Assembly (NCBI GenBank): GCA_048940445.1
Contig: JBHLON010000015.1
Coordinates: forward strand, 1-64,000
Direction of reading: 5' to 3'
DNA length: 64,000 nt
DNA from: Promethearchaeota archaeon
Lineage (GTDB): Archaea; Asgardarchaeota; Lokiarchaeia; Sigyniarchaeales; SOKP01
Shown piece after piece: positions 18,067-28,774 of this stretch. Below the pieces are notes generated by a model that saw only the letters and a program-made list of their open reading frames with translations, was not told the DNA's origin and did not search any database. Numbering within the stretch: position 1 is the stretch's first letter; every line of letters begins with the position of its first letter. Made by a program: the position numbers and the translations under genes.

Positions 18067-18920
18067 GCATTAACCTGCTTTTCAGAAAATACTCTCTCTA
18101 AAAATTTATGGAATTCTTTAGAGTTTTTTTCTAAGTCTTGTATAGCTTTAGTAAAATGATTTTTTATGAACTCTTTAATGAGTTTGTTTTTCAGAATTAC
18201 TAGATTGTTTATTGTTTTAAATTCTTTCGCTAAATGAACGTTAAAAGGTGCTTCTTTTCTTCCTCTTATCTTTGGAATATAAACAATATAGCATTTAAAT
18301 AAAGTGCTAATAAGATGGTTGAAATTATTATGAGGAAATTTTTTATTATACCAACTTTTTAATTCTCTTATTGGTATGGATTTATTAGATAACAGATTCA
18401 GCGTTTCTATAACTTCTTGTTTTTCTAATAGTGAAGATATATTATACTCTTTTAGATTATTCTCGGTTTCATCTTCTATTGCTAAGTAGAATTCTTGAAT
18501 CCAGTCTTTAATTAAATTAAAATTAGATTCTATTTCCCTATGAGAAGAATGGCCATCTTCTTCTGTATTTCTATAAAAACCCCTAAAAATATATTTCTTT
18601 GCTTTTAACCATTCTATAAATTCAATGCAAATTGTAAATAACGCTTTTTCAAGCTCAACGGAAACAGGCTGTTGAAATATTATTGAAATCATTAAAAACT
18701 CTTTCTTTCCACGAGCCCACTCTGAATCAATTTCAAAATAATAGTTTAATGTATAAGATGAATTGAATGAATGGGTAAAAAATCCTTCTGAAATGATTTG
18801 ATCCATCAAGCTAGAGATAATTGAAGCATTTTCTTCTTTCAATTTATGCTCTGGATAAGAATAGAATACACAAGGTCCCAATTTTCGATCAAAATAGGAG
18901 ATTGCAATTAAGAATTGCAT
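18063..18920 (-). CDS. Longin/uDENN-like domain protein with a probable C-terminal winged helix
   Basis: N-terminal ISYFDRKLGPCVFYSYP resembles the uDENN/NPRL2-type longin start F(D/H)..GP.....P; ARG..E.LMISII follows. Confidence 0.55.
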   Translation of the reverse strand: MQFLIAISYFDRKLGPCVFYSYPEHKLKEENASIISSLMDQIISEGFFTHSFNSSYTLNYYFEIDSEWARGKKEFLMISIIFQQPVSVELEKALFTICIEFIEWLKAKKYIFRGFYRNTEEDGHSSHREIESNFNLIKDWIQEFYLAIEDETENNLKEYNISSLLEKQEVIETLNLLSNKSIPIRELKSWYNKKFPHNNFNHLISTLFKCYIVYIPKIRGRKEAPFNVHLAKEFKTINNLVILKNKLIKEFIKNHFTKAIQDLEKNSKEFHKFLERVFSEKQVNA

Positions 18921-19038
18921 TAAGTTGTTTATGACTTTATTTTAATCTAATTATTTAAGACATATAACCCTCTAATAAAAAACTGAATATTATTTAGATA
19001 CTTATCAACGGGATTTTCTTAGAGAAATAATTGAGAAA

Positions 19039-19350
19039 TTAAATAATTCCTTCTTCATTTTTATCATTCCATTGTCTTTTTTTTTTGGTGTTATCAAAAA
19101 ATAAATTCTTTTTTACTTTAAACTCAATCCTACGTAAGGTATCCTGCAGTTCCAGAGTATCATAATCCTTCATAAGTAAATCTATCAAACTTGTTTTTAC
19201 GGCATTTAAATTATCAACACCACATTTATAATATACGCTATCTGGATCTAACCCTAAGTTTAAAACCTCAAATAACCCATTTAAAGCCTCTTTAAGTTTA
19301 TCATAATACTCCCAAGCATCATCATTACAATCGATATTTGAATCACTCAT
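19039..19350 (-). CDS. Hypothetical protein
   Basis: 103-aa ATG ORF with a GTGAG-like SD upstream. Confidence 0.6.
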   Translation of the reverse strand: MSDSNIDCNDDAWEYYDKLKEALNGLFEVLNLGLDPDSVYYKCGVDNLNAVKTSLIDLLMKDYDTLELQDTLRRIEFKVKKNLFFDNTKKKRQWNDKNEEGII

Positions 19351-19754
19351 ATGTTCTCACTATAAATTAATTTTAATAAGTATTTAAAAAAAATTAGTAG
19401 AAAACTAAAGCATTTTTTTCAAATTCCTTTTGCTTTAAAATTTTTTATAATATGAAAGGTGTAAAACATATTTTAATACAAATTTTTTGTTTCCCAAGCT
19501 TATAAACTAGTGTTTTTAGAATTAATCTAAAGAAAATATATTCTTTGAAATTTTCTAAATTTAAGATCACATCTAAAATTTAAAAATGAATACAAATTGA
19601 AACTAATAAAACAAAGTATGTTTGGTTTTCTCACAATTCGCAAGTATTATAAAGAAATTAATAATTTCTAATAATAAGTAAAGATGGACAATTATTGTTA
19701 TGAAAAAGGAAGCTTTTATAACAATTATTAAACTTAGGAAGTGGTGAACAAGTT

Positions 19755-19991
19755 ATGATTATAAATCAAGAACTAGAGTTTAAATTAACTGATTTAGGAG
19801 AGATTAATAATAAGAATCTTAATGATTTCAAGTTATCTCTAAATAAGTTTCTATCAAAGAATGATTATCCCTTTTTTGATACATTTTTAGTCAAAGGTTT
19901 CGAATATAAAAAAATTGGTCGGAATGGTAATTCTTTGCTTTTAGAATTTGAAGAAGTATTAGAAGAATTAATTAATAGAGTTAAATATTGA
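19755..19991 (+). CDS. Small hypothetical protein
   Basis: 78-aa ORF preceded by a GTGGTGA SD-like sequence. Confidence 0.45.
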   Translation: MIINQELEFKLTDLGEINNKNLNDFKLSLNKFLSKNDYPFFDTFLVKGFEYKKIGRNGNSLLLEFEEVLEELINRVKY

Positions 19992-20192
19992 TTCTTTAGT
20001 AAATTTCGGTTAAAATACGACATTAATTCAATGATTTCTTTAAGTAATATCCAAAAATGACTATAGATACAAATTTACCAATAATGCTTAAAACAATTCC
20101 CTCCCGTCTTGGACGTGAGAATCCCTCCTTAAATCAGAGATTATATGGGTAATATAATATTTAAATTTTAATCATATCAATAAAGCATTACT

Positions 20193-21254
20193 TTATCGCT
20201 TTTTTTGTTTTCCTTCAATTATGGCTCTCCCCATTTCTAAGACTCGATTAAAAGGTTCCTCACGATCATCTCTAAGTATTAAAGAAATCGCTTGTTCTGG
20301 GCAAACGCCTGCACATAAACCGCAACCTAGGCATAAATCTCGATCAATAATAGCGATATCCTCAAGAGATATAGCTTCTACTGGACATCTTTCTATACAG
20401 GTTCCACATGCGATACATTTTTCTTCTTCTATTTTTGATTCAAATAAAGCATTCATAAATCGATGTTTATCTTTACCATATTGAGTAATACCCTTCATTG
20501 AAGCACAGCAACAAGAACAACAATTACATATGTTTGAAAGGTGTTTTGAATTAGCTCCAGCATGAACTAAGCCAGCTTCATCAGCATGTTTAATAATTTG
20601 AATCGCTTCCTCGGATGTTATCTCACGTCCAATACCATTCTCTATATAGTATTCCGCTGCAACACCAAAACTTAGGCACGTCTCTATAGGATGATTACAG
20701 CCTTCTCCTAACAACTGAGCCTCTTTTCTGCAGATACAATCAGTTACGGCGATAACTCTTGCATTTTTTATTGATTCCTGCAACATTTGATAAGGAAAAA
20801 GAGTAGTACCTGATTGAATAGTTTCTTCTAAAGGGATAACTTTAAATCCGGGGATATTACTTACCCCCATCTCCTCAAGACCTGCTTCATTATAATACTG
20901 TCTGTACAATTGAGCTAATTCTTTATCCATGTTCTTAACTGAATATTCATATAACCCTATCATGAACGGAATAGCATTATAAAGGACTTGATTATTTCTA
21001 CGCGTTCGAAAGATAAGTCCTTTTTTTGCCATTGATTCAAGCTTTTCTTCTACTTCATTCAACGGTCTTCTTGTTCTTTTCGCTATAACTCGAGCTTGTT
21101 CTGGTTTTATAGTTAAAAACGTGGTTAATTCAGCTTCCTCTTCAGAGAAAAGCCGTTTTAAAATTTCGATTTCTATTCCAGATGATGTTTTACGAAATCC
21201 TATTGGGAATTGATCGAGAAATTCTCTTAATTTCTTATATGATTCCATTGTCAT
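20193..21254 (-). CDS. 4Fe-4S ferredoxin-domain protein with an N-terminal helix-turn-helix-like region
   Basis: CICR, ICNCCSCCC and two ferredoxin motifs, CIACGTCIERCP and CLGCGLCAGVCP. Confidence 0.85.
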   Translation of the reverse strand: MTMESYKKLREFLDQFPIGFRKTSSGIEIEILKRLFSEEEAELTTFLTIKPEQARVIAKRTRRPLNEVEEKLESMAKKGLIFRTRRNNQVLYNAIPFMIGLYEYSVKNMDKELAQLYRQYYNEAGLEEMGVSNIPGFKVIPLEETIQSGTTLFPYQMLQESIKNARVIAVTDCICRKEAQLLGEGCNHPIETCLSFGVAAEYYIENGIGREITSEEAIQIIKHADEAGLVHAGANSKHLSNICNCCSCCCASMKGITQYGKDKHRFMNALFESKIEEEKCIACGTCIERCPVEAISLEDIAIIDRDLCLGCGLCAGVCPEQAISLILRDDREEPFNRVLEMGRAIIEGKQKKR

Positions 21255-21450
21255 AAAAACACATATCTTATTTCTTTGATAATCTAATATTAAACTCCTT
21301 TTTTTAAAAAGGCTTGAGAATTTAATAATCTTTTTTGGAAAAGAAATTTTTATATAAAATAAGTTTTATATTATTTCTAATAGGTTATTTCTAAACAGAA
21401 TTATAAAGAATTTTAATTACTTAATGAGAACACTATGGAGTGAATAAAAA

Positions 21451-22065
21451 GTGCCTTCACGTAGAGGAGATGGTACATTAGTCTTTAAGATTTGCTTTTA
21501 TGGACCTAGCCTTGGAGGTAAAACTACCGCACTTGAGTGGGTATACCATAAAGAAGGTTTAGCTAGTGGAGACATGCAACAAATACAAGATCCTACTGGG
21601 CGCACTCTCTTTTTTGATCGTGTAGTTGCTCGTGTATCTAACGTTGTATTCCAGGTCTACACTGTGGCAGGACAAAGACGTCATAAATTCCAAAGACAAA
21701 CTGTATTAAAAGGTACAGATGCCGTAATTTTTACTTGGGATTCTCTAATCGATCAATGGCAGGAGAATATCTGGTCGCTTAAGGAATTATTGAAATTTTA
21801 TGGAGATAAACTTATTCCAATAAAAGAATTTGATCCTCCTGAAGTGCCAATTGTTTTACTCGCAAATAAGCGGGATTTGGAAGGAATAGTCGAAATCTCA
21901 AAAATCAGACAAGTTTTGGATACTGCTAAATTGAATCATTGTTTAATATATGAAACAATTGCGATTCAAGGTGTAAATGTAAAGAGAGCATTTGTATATG
22001 CTGCTCGACAAGCAGTATTAAATCATTATAAAAAGCTTTCAGGAAAATCAATTGAAGGCTTTTAG
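21451..22065 (+). CDS. Small GTPase, MglA-like (Ras superfamily)
   Basis: G1 GPSLGGKTT, G2 RTLFFD, G3 YTVAGQ, G4 NKRD, G5 ETIA. Confidence 0.9.
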   Translation: MPSRRGDGTLVFKICFYGPSLGGKTTALEWVYHKEGLASGDMQQIQDPTGRTLFFDRVVARVSNVVFQVYTVAGQRRHKFQRQTVLKGTDAVIFTWDSLIDQWQENIWSLKELLKFYGDKLIPIKEFDPPEVPIVLLANKRDLEGIVEISKIRQVLDTAKLNHCLIYETIAIQGVNVKRAFVYAARQAVLNHYKKLSGKSIEGF

Positions 22066-22111
22066 TTACTAGTTCTTTATATAAAATATAGTCTCTCAAT
22101 AACTGGAGAAT

Positions 22112-22663
22112 TTAAAGATATATAATTTTGGGTTTAACTTCATTTTTAGAAATTTTGAGAAATCCATATGAACTTACTACAGTTAATCGATTATCTATAG
22201 GAGTGGTAGTTCCAGGATTAAAGAATAAGATACCACTTTCTCTTTCATTTACTGGTCTGTGGGTATGTCCAAATATTACAATATCATAATCTGAATCCAT
22301 AAGATTTAATTTCTTTATTAGACGCTTGACTATCATATTTGGTCCTCCCATTCCATGGATCATTAAGACTTTATGACCTAATATTTCCAGTTCTATTTTT
22401 TCTGGTAACTCTCTTGTTAGATTTTTATCAAAATCCATGTTTCCTCGAATTGCGATAACCTTTTCTTTTCCAAAAGTCATTATTAGTTGTTGATAAGCTT
22501 GAAAAGATGTGAAATCTCCTAGATGGAACACGTAATCAACATTTTTTTGAGAAAAGTCATCAATTACTTTCTGTGGAATAACAGAAGTTCTGTGCGGAAT
22601 ATGAGTATCTGAAAGTATTCCAATTAATAGTTCCTCTTTATTTGATTTAATCAATATTTCCAC
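22112..22663 (-). CDS. Metallophosphoesterase, YfcE/MJ0936/Vps29 family
   Basis: SDTHIPHR, HLGD, RGNMD, IHG, FGHTH, NPG. Confidence 0.9.
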   Translation of the reverse strand: MEILIKSNKEELLIGILSDTHIPHRTSVIPQKVIDDFSQKNVDYVFHLGDFTSFQAYQQLIMTFGKEKVIAIRGNMDFDKNLTRELPEKIELEILGHKVLMIHGMGGPNMIVKRLIKKLNLMDSDYDIVIFGHTHRPVNERESGILFFNPGTTTPIDNRLTVVSSYGFLKISKNEVKPKIIYL

Positions 22664-22666
22664 TCT

Positions 22667-23596
22667 CTATTCTTCTTGTATATGTTGTTTTATTCTAAAT
22701 TTTACCACTTTAAGAGCAAAATTAATAACTTCTCGTGTATCTTTCCATCTGCCCTCATCAAGTTTTTCCTTTATCCAATAGTATAAATCTTGTTCAATAG
22801 GAATTGTTATATATATTGGTTGGGTCAATTGAGCTTCTTTTGAGTGTGCCTTGTTCATGAGCCATGAAATTATATTTACAATTAATTTAAAGTTATCCGC
22901 AGCACGAATACCATAGATTTCATGAAAACTGGAAAAGAGAGAGAGATTACCAATTACAACTACTTTCCCAAGGCTATAACGTGCAGCAGCGATTACTGCA
23001 ACTTTCCTTACTGGCTCATCAAACCATTTTCCTTCACTAAAGTATTTATGCCAGGCAGAATCCTCGGATGAAAATGCTACTGCTGTTACGTCTAAATCAT
23101 CATCCTCAATATTTTCAAATATCTCAAGGGTACAACCTGCAGAATGTACAATTTGAGATATATCTTTAGTAATAAAGTGTTTCTTAAAATCTTTAATAAT
23201 TGGGCGAGAATTATCTTTTGAGAAAAATTCATTATCAAATAAATGATCCGAATTAAATTTAATTCCAAAATTTGAAGTTAATTCTGAAAGGTTATTCTTG
23301 TTAGCTTTATCTCCTCCCTTATCATTAAGAATTAATAATGAGCCTCCATTTTTAACATATCTAACTAAATCGTTGATTTCCTCTGGTTGTAAAAAAGCTT
23401 CAGCCATTGGAACTCCGATAATGAATACATTATATCGAGATAATTTCTCATAAGTAATACCCTCCTCAATTTTTCCCAACTTGAAATCGGAATTAAATAG
23501 AAACTCTATAAACTCATTAAAAGCAGGATCTTCAATTATGAATTTATTCTTGTGGGAATAGTCAAATCCAAAATATGGATTTAATTCCGCATTCAT
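22667..23596 (-). CDS. GIFT (GldG/IFT52-like, DUF4350) domain protein with a C-terminal ribbon-helix-helix
   Basis: FDYSH, EEINDLVRYVKNGGSLLI, NLSEL..FGIKFN, HFIT, GKVVVIGN..LF...DNFKLIVNIISWL; C-terminal ITIPIEQDLYYWI...GRWKDTREVINFAL. Confidence 0.7.
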   Translation of the reverse strand: MNAELNPYFGFDYSHKNKFIIEDPAFNEFIEFLFNSDFKLGKIEEGITYEKLSRYNVFIIGVPMAEAFLQPEEINDLVRYVKNGGSLLILNDKGGDKANKNNLSELTSNFGIKFNSDHLFDNEFFSKDNSRPIIKDFKKHFITKDISQIVHSAGCTLEIFENIEDDDLDVTAVAFSSEDSAWHKYFSEGKWFDEPVRKVAVIAAARYSLGKVVVIGNLSLFSSFHEIYGIRAADNFKLIVNIISWLMNKAHSKEAQLTQPIYITIPIEQDLYYWIKEKLDEGRWKDTREVINFALKVVKFRIKQHIQEE

Positions 23597-23638
23597 AATA
23601 TAAGATATTGTTTTAATTGATTATAAATTATTTAATTT

Positions 23639-23986
23639 ATGTTAAAAAAGCATTATAAAGATATAGAAAATGAACCAGCAACTTTAACTAATGGGACTCC
23701 AGTTGATAATGTATTTGTCCGTTGGCTGATTGATGAAAATGATGGTGCTAATAATTTTGCTATGAGAAGGTTTGAGATTAGGCCAAATGGGAAGGTCCCC
23801 ATACATAGTCATCCTCAAGATCACGAGATTTACATATTACAAGGATCTGGAATATTTTTTAACGAGTCGGAGCAAGTTAAGGTAGAGCCAGGTGATGCAA
23901 TTTATATCCCACCTAATGAAGAGCATGGAATTAATAATACAGGGAAAGAGAATCTTGTATTTTTATGTCTTATACCTTACCTTTAA
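23639..23986 (+). CDS. Cupin domain protein
   Basis: HSHPQDHEIYILQG and GDAIYIPPNEEHG. Confidence 0.9.
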   Translation: MLKKHYKDIENEPATLTNGTPVDNVFVRWLIDENDGANNFAMRRFEIRPNGKVPIHSHPQDHEIYILQGSGIFFNESEQVKVEPGDAIYIPPNEEHGINNTGKENLVFLCLIPYL

Positions 23987-23998
23987 TATTAAAAGTAT

Positions 23999-26437
23999 TT
24001 AGTCTTCTTTATCACATTTTCCTATCGCTACTACAGAATCTCCTTCATAAAGCTTGATGACTCTTACTCCTTTAGCTTTTCTATGAGTTATTCTTATTGA
24101 ATCTACTGGAACTCTGATTACTTGTCCTTGTTCAGTACCAATTAACATATCCATGTGTTTTGCAATTTTAATTGCAATGACTTTATCATTTTTTTGATGA
24201 TTTAATGTAATATTTTTCACACCCTTTACACCTCTACCTGTTTTTCTGTACTCTTTTACTGAAGTCCTCTGACCATACCCATTTTCAGTTAAAGTTAAAA
24301 TAATATCATCATTATTTACTAAAAGCGTATCAATTATAGCATCTTTTTCTCTTAGATCTACTCCTTTAACACCCATGGAATATTTTCCTAATTCTCTTAA
24401 TTCGGATTCATCAAATCGAACTGCATATCCTAACTTTGTTGCTATAAAGATATCTTGTAATTCATTTGAGAGCTTTTTTACACTAACTAATTCATCATCA
24501 GAACGAATTCTTTGAGCTCTTACTCCTGTACTTTTAAATTTCGAAAATGCTTTTAAAGGTGTTTTTTTAATTATACCATATTTAGTTGTCATCAAAAGCA
24601 TCTCATTAGTGTCAAAATTATTAATTGGAATCATATCAGCTATTTTTTCATCTTCTTGTAAAGCAATGAAATTAACAATAGGTTTTCCTCTTGCGGTTCT
24701 GGTTTGTAAAGGAATATCATAACACTTTATTGAATACACTCGACCTTTAGAGGTAAATATTAAGATTGTATCATGAGTTGATGCTACGAATAAGTCTGTG
24801 ATAAAATCTTCTTCTCTAATTGTCATACCTTTTTTACCACGGCCTCCTCTTGCTTGAGTTTGATACTCTTGCACTGAAATTCTTTTTATGTACTGATTTT
24901 TAGTGAAAATGACTATCGTTGGTTCATTTTTTATCAAATCTTTCTTTTCAATTTCTTTAAAATCTTCTGATGGAACAAATTCTATTTTTGTTCTTCTTTT
25001 ATCTCCGTATTTTTTGATAAGATCCCTTAATTCTTGCTTAATAATATTAAGTTGTGTAAGTTTATCTGCCAAGATTTTTTTACATAATTTAATATCTTCG
25101 TTTAATGATTTCTCTTCATCAACTAATTTCTGATGTTCCAGATTGGTAAGGCGAGATAAAGGCATTCCTAAAATTGATTGCACTTGAATCTCAGTAAAAC
25201 TATATTTTTCAGTTAATTTGGTCTTAGCTTCACTAACATCTTTTGATTTTTTGATTACATCAACAACATCATCGATATTATCCAAGGCGAGAAGCAAACC
25301 CTCAACTTTGTGAAGTCTTTCTTTAGTTTTTTTTAATTTGTATTCTGTTCTCTTTTGTATTATTATAAGTCTATGTGAAATATATTCCTGAAGGATTTCT
25401 TTTAAAGTCAAGATTTTTGGTTGTTTACCTTCGTTAATTAGAACTAGGTTAGTAATGCTAAAGCTAGTAAGTAAACTCGTTCTTTTAAATAATATATTCT
25501 TTATAATAACTGGATGAGCACTCTTAGTTAATTCTATTACAATTCGCATACCACTCTTATCAGATTCATCCCGCAAGTCTTTTATATCTTTTAGTATTCC
25601 ATTTTTTATCAACTTAGCAATTGATTCTATTAAATTTGATTTATTAACTAAGTAGGGAATTTCCTTAATAACGAGTTGAATTTTATCTCCTTTAGTTTCT
25701 GTTTCTATTTTTCCCTGGACACTAATGGTTGCGTTACCGGTTGAATAGGCATTATATATCCCACTTGTATCTGTAATTATCCCTCCGGTGGGAAAATCTG
25801 GTCCTTTAATAATTTCCAAGAGTTCCTGAATCGATATTTCAGGATCGTCAATTGTTGCGATAACTCCTTCACAAATTTCAGTTAAATTATGAGGTGGCAT
25901 AGAAGTGGCCATTCCAACCGCAATTCCCTTTGTTCCATTTATTAATATATTGGGCAATTTTGCTGGTAAAAATATTGGTTCTATTGTAGAATTATCAAAA
26001 TTAGGTTGAAAATCAACAGTTTCTTTATCAATGTCTTCAATCAATTCCTCTGAAATCTGAGATAGTCGTGCTTCTGTATATCTGTAAGCTGCTGGTTCGT
26101 CTCCGTCAATAGAGCCAAAATTTCCTTGAGGATCAATTAAAAGATATCTTAAAGAAAAATCTTGACCCATTCTTACTAGTGCATTATAGACGGCCATATC
26201 TCCATGAGGATGATAATTGCCAAGAGTATCGCCTACAATTTTAGCACATTTCACATGAGGTCCGGTGTGATTCCAATTATTCTGGGCCATAGCGTAAATA
26301 ATTCTTCGATTGACGGGTTTAAGTCCGTCTCTTACATCAGGTATAGCTCTTCCAACAACCACTGACATGGCATAATCGATATAGCTACTTTTCATCTCAT
26401 TTTTTAACATTATGTCTTCAATATGTTCTGAACTCAA
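23999..26437 (-). CDS. gyrA: DNA gyrase subunit A
   Basis: RAIPDVRDGLKPV, YHPHGD, AAYRYTE (catalytic Tyr), GyrA-box QARGGRGKKG, C-terminal pinwheel repeats. Confidence 0.97.
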   Translation of the reverse strand: MSSEHIEDIMLKNEMKSSYIDYAMSVVVGRAIPDVRDGLKPVNRRIIYAMAQNNWNHTGPHVKCAKIVGDTLGNYHPHGDMAVYNALVRMGQDFSLRYLLIDPQGNFGSIDGDEPAAYRYTEARLSQISEELIEDIDKETVDFQPNFDNSTIEPIFLPAKLPNILINGTKGIAVGMATSMPPHNLTEICEGVIATIDDPEISIQELLEIIKGPDFPTGGIITDTSGIYNAYSTGNATISVQGKIETETKGDKIQLVIKEIPYLVNKSNLIESIAKLIKNGILKDIKDLRDESDKSGMRIVIELTKSAHPVIIKNILFKRTSLLTSFSITNLVLINEGKQPKILTLKEILQEYISHRLIIIQKRTEYKLKKTKERLHKVEGLLLALDNIDDVVDVIKKSKDVSEAKTKLTEKYSFTEIQVQSILGMPLSRLTNLEHQKLVDEEKSLNEDIKLCKKILADKLTQLNIIKQELRDLIKKYGDKRRTKIEFVPSEDFKEIEKKDLIKNEPTIVIFTKNQYIKRISVQEYQTQARGGRGKKGMTIREEDFITDLFVASTHDTILIFTSKGRVYSIKCYDIPLQTRTARGKPIVNFIALQEDEKIADMIPINNFDTNEMLLMTTKYGIIKKTPLKAFSKFKSTGVRAQRIRSDDELVSVKKLSNELQDIFIATKLGYAVRFDESELRELGKYSMGVKGVDLREKDAIIDTLLVNNDDIILTLTENGYGQRTSVKEYRKTGRGVKGVKNITLNHQKNDKVIAIKIAKHMDMLIGTEQGQVIRVPVDSIRITHRKAKGVRVIKLYEGDSVVAIGKCDKED

Positions 26438-26476
26438 GCTATTAACCTCATATCAAGTTAAAAATAAATTAAAATG

Positions 26477-28486
26477 CTAAATATCTAAAACGTTTACCTC
26501 ATCAAAGTTACTTATAATAAACTTTTTTCGAGGTTTTACTTCTTTTCCCATCAATTTTGAAAAGATTAAATCATTTTCTAGGTAATCCTCATAAGTGACC
26601 TTTTTCAATTTTCTAGTTTCTCGATTCATTGTTGTCTGATATAATTCGTCAGGATTCATTTCACCTAAACCTTTATATCTTTGAATTTTTATTGTTTCTA
26701 AGTTCTTTAGTTTATACTTTTTTTTTAATTCCCCGAAAATTTTATCTCGTTCTTGATCAGTGTAAACATAATGCTTCGATTTTTTATAGGAAATTTGATA
26801 TAAAGGGGGACAAGCAATATATAAATGACCCTCATCTATTAATGGTCTCATATATCTAAAAAAGAATGTGAGGAGAAGAGTTTCAATATGTTTTCCATCA
26901 ATATCAGCATCAACCATAATGACGACTTTATGATATCTAAGTTTATTTATATCAAAAGTATCTTCTATATCACCATTTTCTTCATCTTCTCCATTAGTAC
27001 CATTTGTAAAGTCTTCTTCATAAATTCCAACTCCTAGTGCCCTGATAATAGATTGAATTTCATTATTTTTTAAGATTTTATCCATTCGAGCTTTTTCTAC
27101 ATTCAAAATTTTACCTCTAAGAGGGAGTATTGCTTGGTATGTTCTATCTCTACCTTGTTTTGCTGAGCCTCCAGCTGAATTTCCCTCTACAATAAAAATT
27201 TCGGTTTTTTCAGGATTATTTGACGAACAATCTGCTAACTTCCCTGGCATTCTAGCGCTATCTAATGCAGATTTACGGCGAATAAGTTGTCTTGCTTTTT
27301 GTGCAGCTTCTCTGGCTAACTTTGCATTTATGGTCTTTAACACAATTTTCTTACCAGTTTCAGGATGCTCTTCTAAGTATTGAGTTAACCTATCAGTAGT
27401 TATTTGGCTTATAATCTGTCTTAATTCAGGATTACCAAGTTTAATTTTCGTTTGACTTTCAAATTGAGGATCAGGTATCTTTACCGAAATGACCGCTGAT
27501 AAACCCTCTCGAGTATCAGAGCCACTTAATACATGATCCTTATATTTTTTCTCCATATAATTTTCAATATAAGAGTTGAAGGTCCTTGTTAATGCAGATT
27601 TAAAAGCAGTTAGATGTGTTCCTCCTTCGATTGTATTAATGGTATTTGCATAAGTTAGAATATTCGTTTGATATCCTTGATTATATTGTAAAGCAATATC
27701 ACAATATGTAGTAGAACCATCTTCTTCCTGATAAGTATCGCTAATACAAATGATATCATCATGTAAAGGCTGTTTATCTTTATTTAAATAGGCTATAAAT
27801 TCTTTAATACCTCCCTCAAAGTGGAATTCTACTTTATCATCATTACTTTTATTGAGAAGTTCGAATCTCGCTTGTGGAGTAAGAAAAGCTAGTTCTCTCA
27901 CTCTATTAGCTATTAAAGAAAAACTGAAAATAGGTTCTTTTGGATCAAATTCAAATATTTCAGAGTCTGGATAAAATGAGATTTTTGTATAACTTTTTTC
28001 ATTATTAACTTTGATTATTTCTGGTTCAGAAACCTTCTTACCTTTAGAGAATCTCTGCTTATATAATTGCCCATCTCTACAAATTTCTACTTCTAACCAT
28101 TCAGTTAATGCGTTTACAACCGAAAGACCAACACCATGCAAACCACCAGATATCTTATAGCTTTTCTTATCGAATTTACCTCCAGAATGTAAATGCTCAA
28201 GTATTACTTCTAAGGCTGGTTTATTGAATTCAGGATGAATATCAATTGGAATCCCTCGTCCATTATCATGTACTTGAACAGAATTATCTTTATTTAACGT
28301 TATTTTTATTTCATCAGCAAATCCACTAATTGCCTCGTCGACAGAATTATCTAATACTTCAAAAATTAGATGATGCAGTCCTTTTTTTCCTGTATCACCA
28401 ATATACATCGCTGGACGCTTGCGAACCCCATCCAAGCCCTTTAGAACTTTAATATCTACTGCGTCGTAAGTTTCCTTATCAGACAT
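26477..28486 (-). CDS. gyrB: DNA gyrase subunit B
   Basis: VRKRPAMYIG, EVLDNSVDE, DNGRGIP, GGLHGVG, EGNSAGG, PLRGK, DADIDG, RYKGLGEM. Confidence 0.97.
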   Translation of the reverse strand: MSDKETYDAVDIKVLKGLDGVRKRPAMYIGDTGKKGLHHLIFEVLDNSVDEAISGFADEIKITLNKDNSVQVHDNGRGIPIDIHPEFNKPALEVILEHLHSGGKFDKKSYKISGGLHGVGLSVVNALTEWLEVEICRDGQLYKQRFSKGKKVSEPEIIKVNNEKSYTKISFYPDSEIFEFDPKEPIFSFSLIANRVRELAFLTPQARFELLNKSNDDKVEFHFEGGIKEFIAYLNKDKQPLHDDIICISDTYQEEDGSTTYCDIALQYNQGYQTNILTYANTINTIEGGTHLTAFKSALTRTFNSYIENYMEKKYKDHVLSGSDTREGLSAVISVKIPDPQFESQTKIKLGNPELRQIISQITTDRLTQYLEEHPETGKKIVLKTINAKLAREAAQKARQLIRRKSALDSARMPGKLADCSSNNPEKTEIFIVEGNSAGGSAKQGRDRTYQAILPLRGKILNVEKARMDKILKNNEIQSIIRALGVGIYEEDFTNGTNGEDEENGDIEDTFDINKLRYHKVVIMVDADIDGKHIETLLLTFFFRYMRPLIDEGHLYIACPPLYQISYKKSKHYVYTDQERDKIFGELKKKYKLKNLETIKIQRYKGLGEMNPDELYQTTMNRETRKLKKVTYEDYLENDLIFSKLMGKEVKPRKKFIISNFDEVNVLDI

Positions 28487-28774
28487 AAAAGATCTATTCT
28501 TATGTAGATTCTAATGTAAAGTTAAATTAATCAATTCTTAATTGAACTAATAAGATTATTTAACATTATACATATAATGAAAGGTATTACGCTAATTTAA
28601 ATATAAGCACATTTTTGTTTTAACCAAAATTAAATTATGTTCAATTAGTTAGACAGAACCTTAGAAATTTGTTAATAAGTTAAGCTTATTATAAAAATGA
28701 TTGCCAAATTTATGACTTTTTGTTCAAACGGGCTTTCCATTTAAGAATGATTGAAGTTTAAAAAAGAGGTATAA

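Noticed and set aside
20095-20132. Short GC-rich patch with a repeated TCCCTCC in an AT-rich intergenic region
   Set aside because: No tRNA cloverleaf, convincing hairpin or IS end could be built, and it is too short to call.
23999-28486. Bacterial-type gyrase as evidence of a bacterial contig or of novelty
   Set aside because: Gyrase is known in several archaeal groups including Asgards, and the neighbouring genes are archaeal/Asgard-type.
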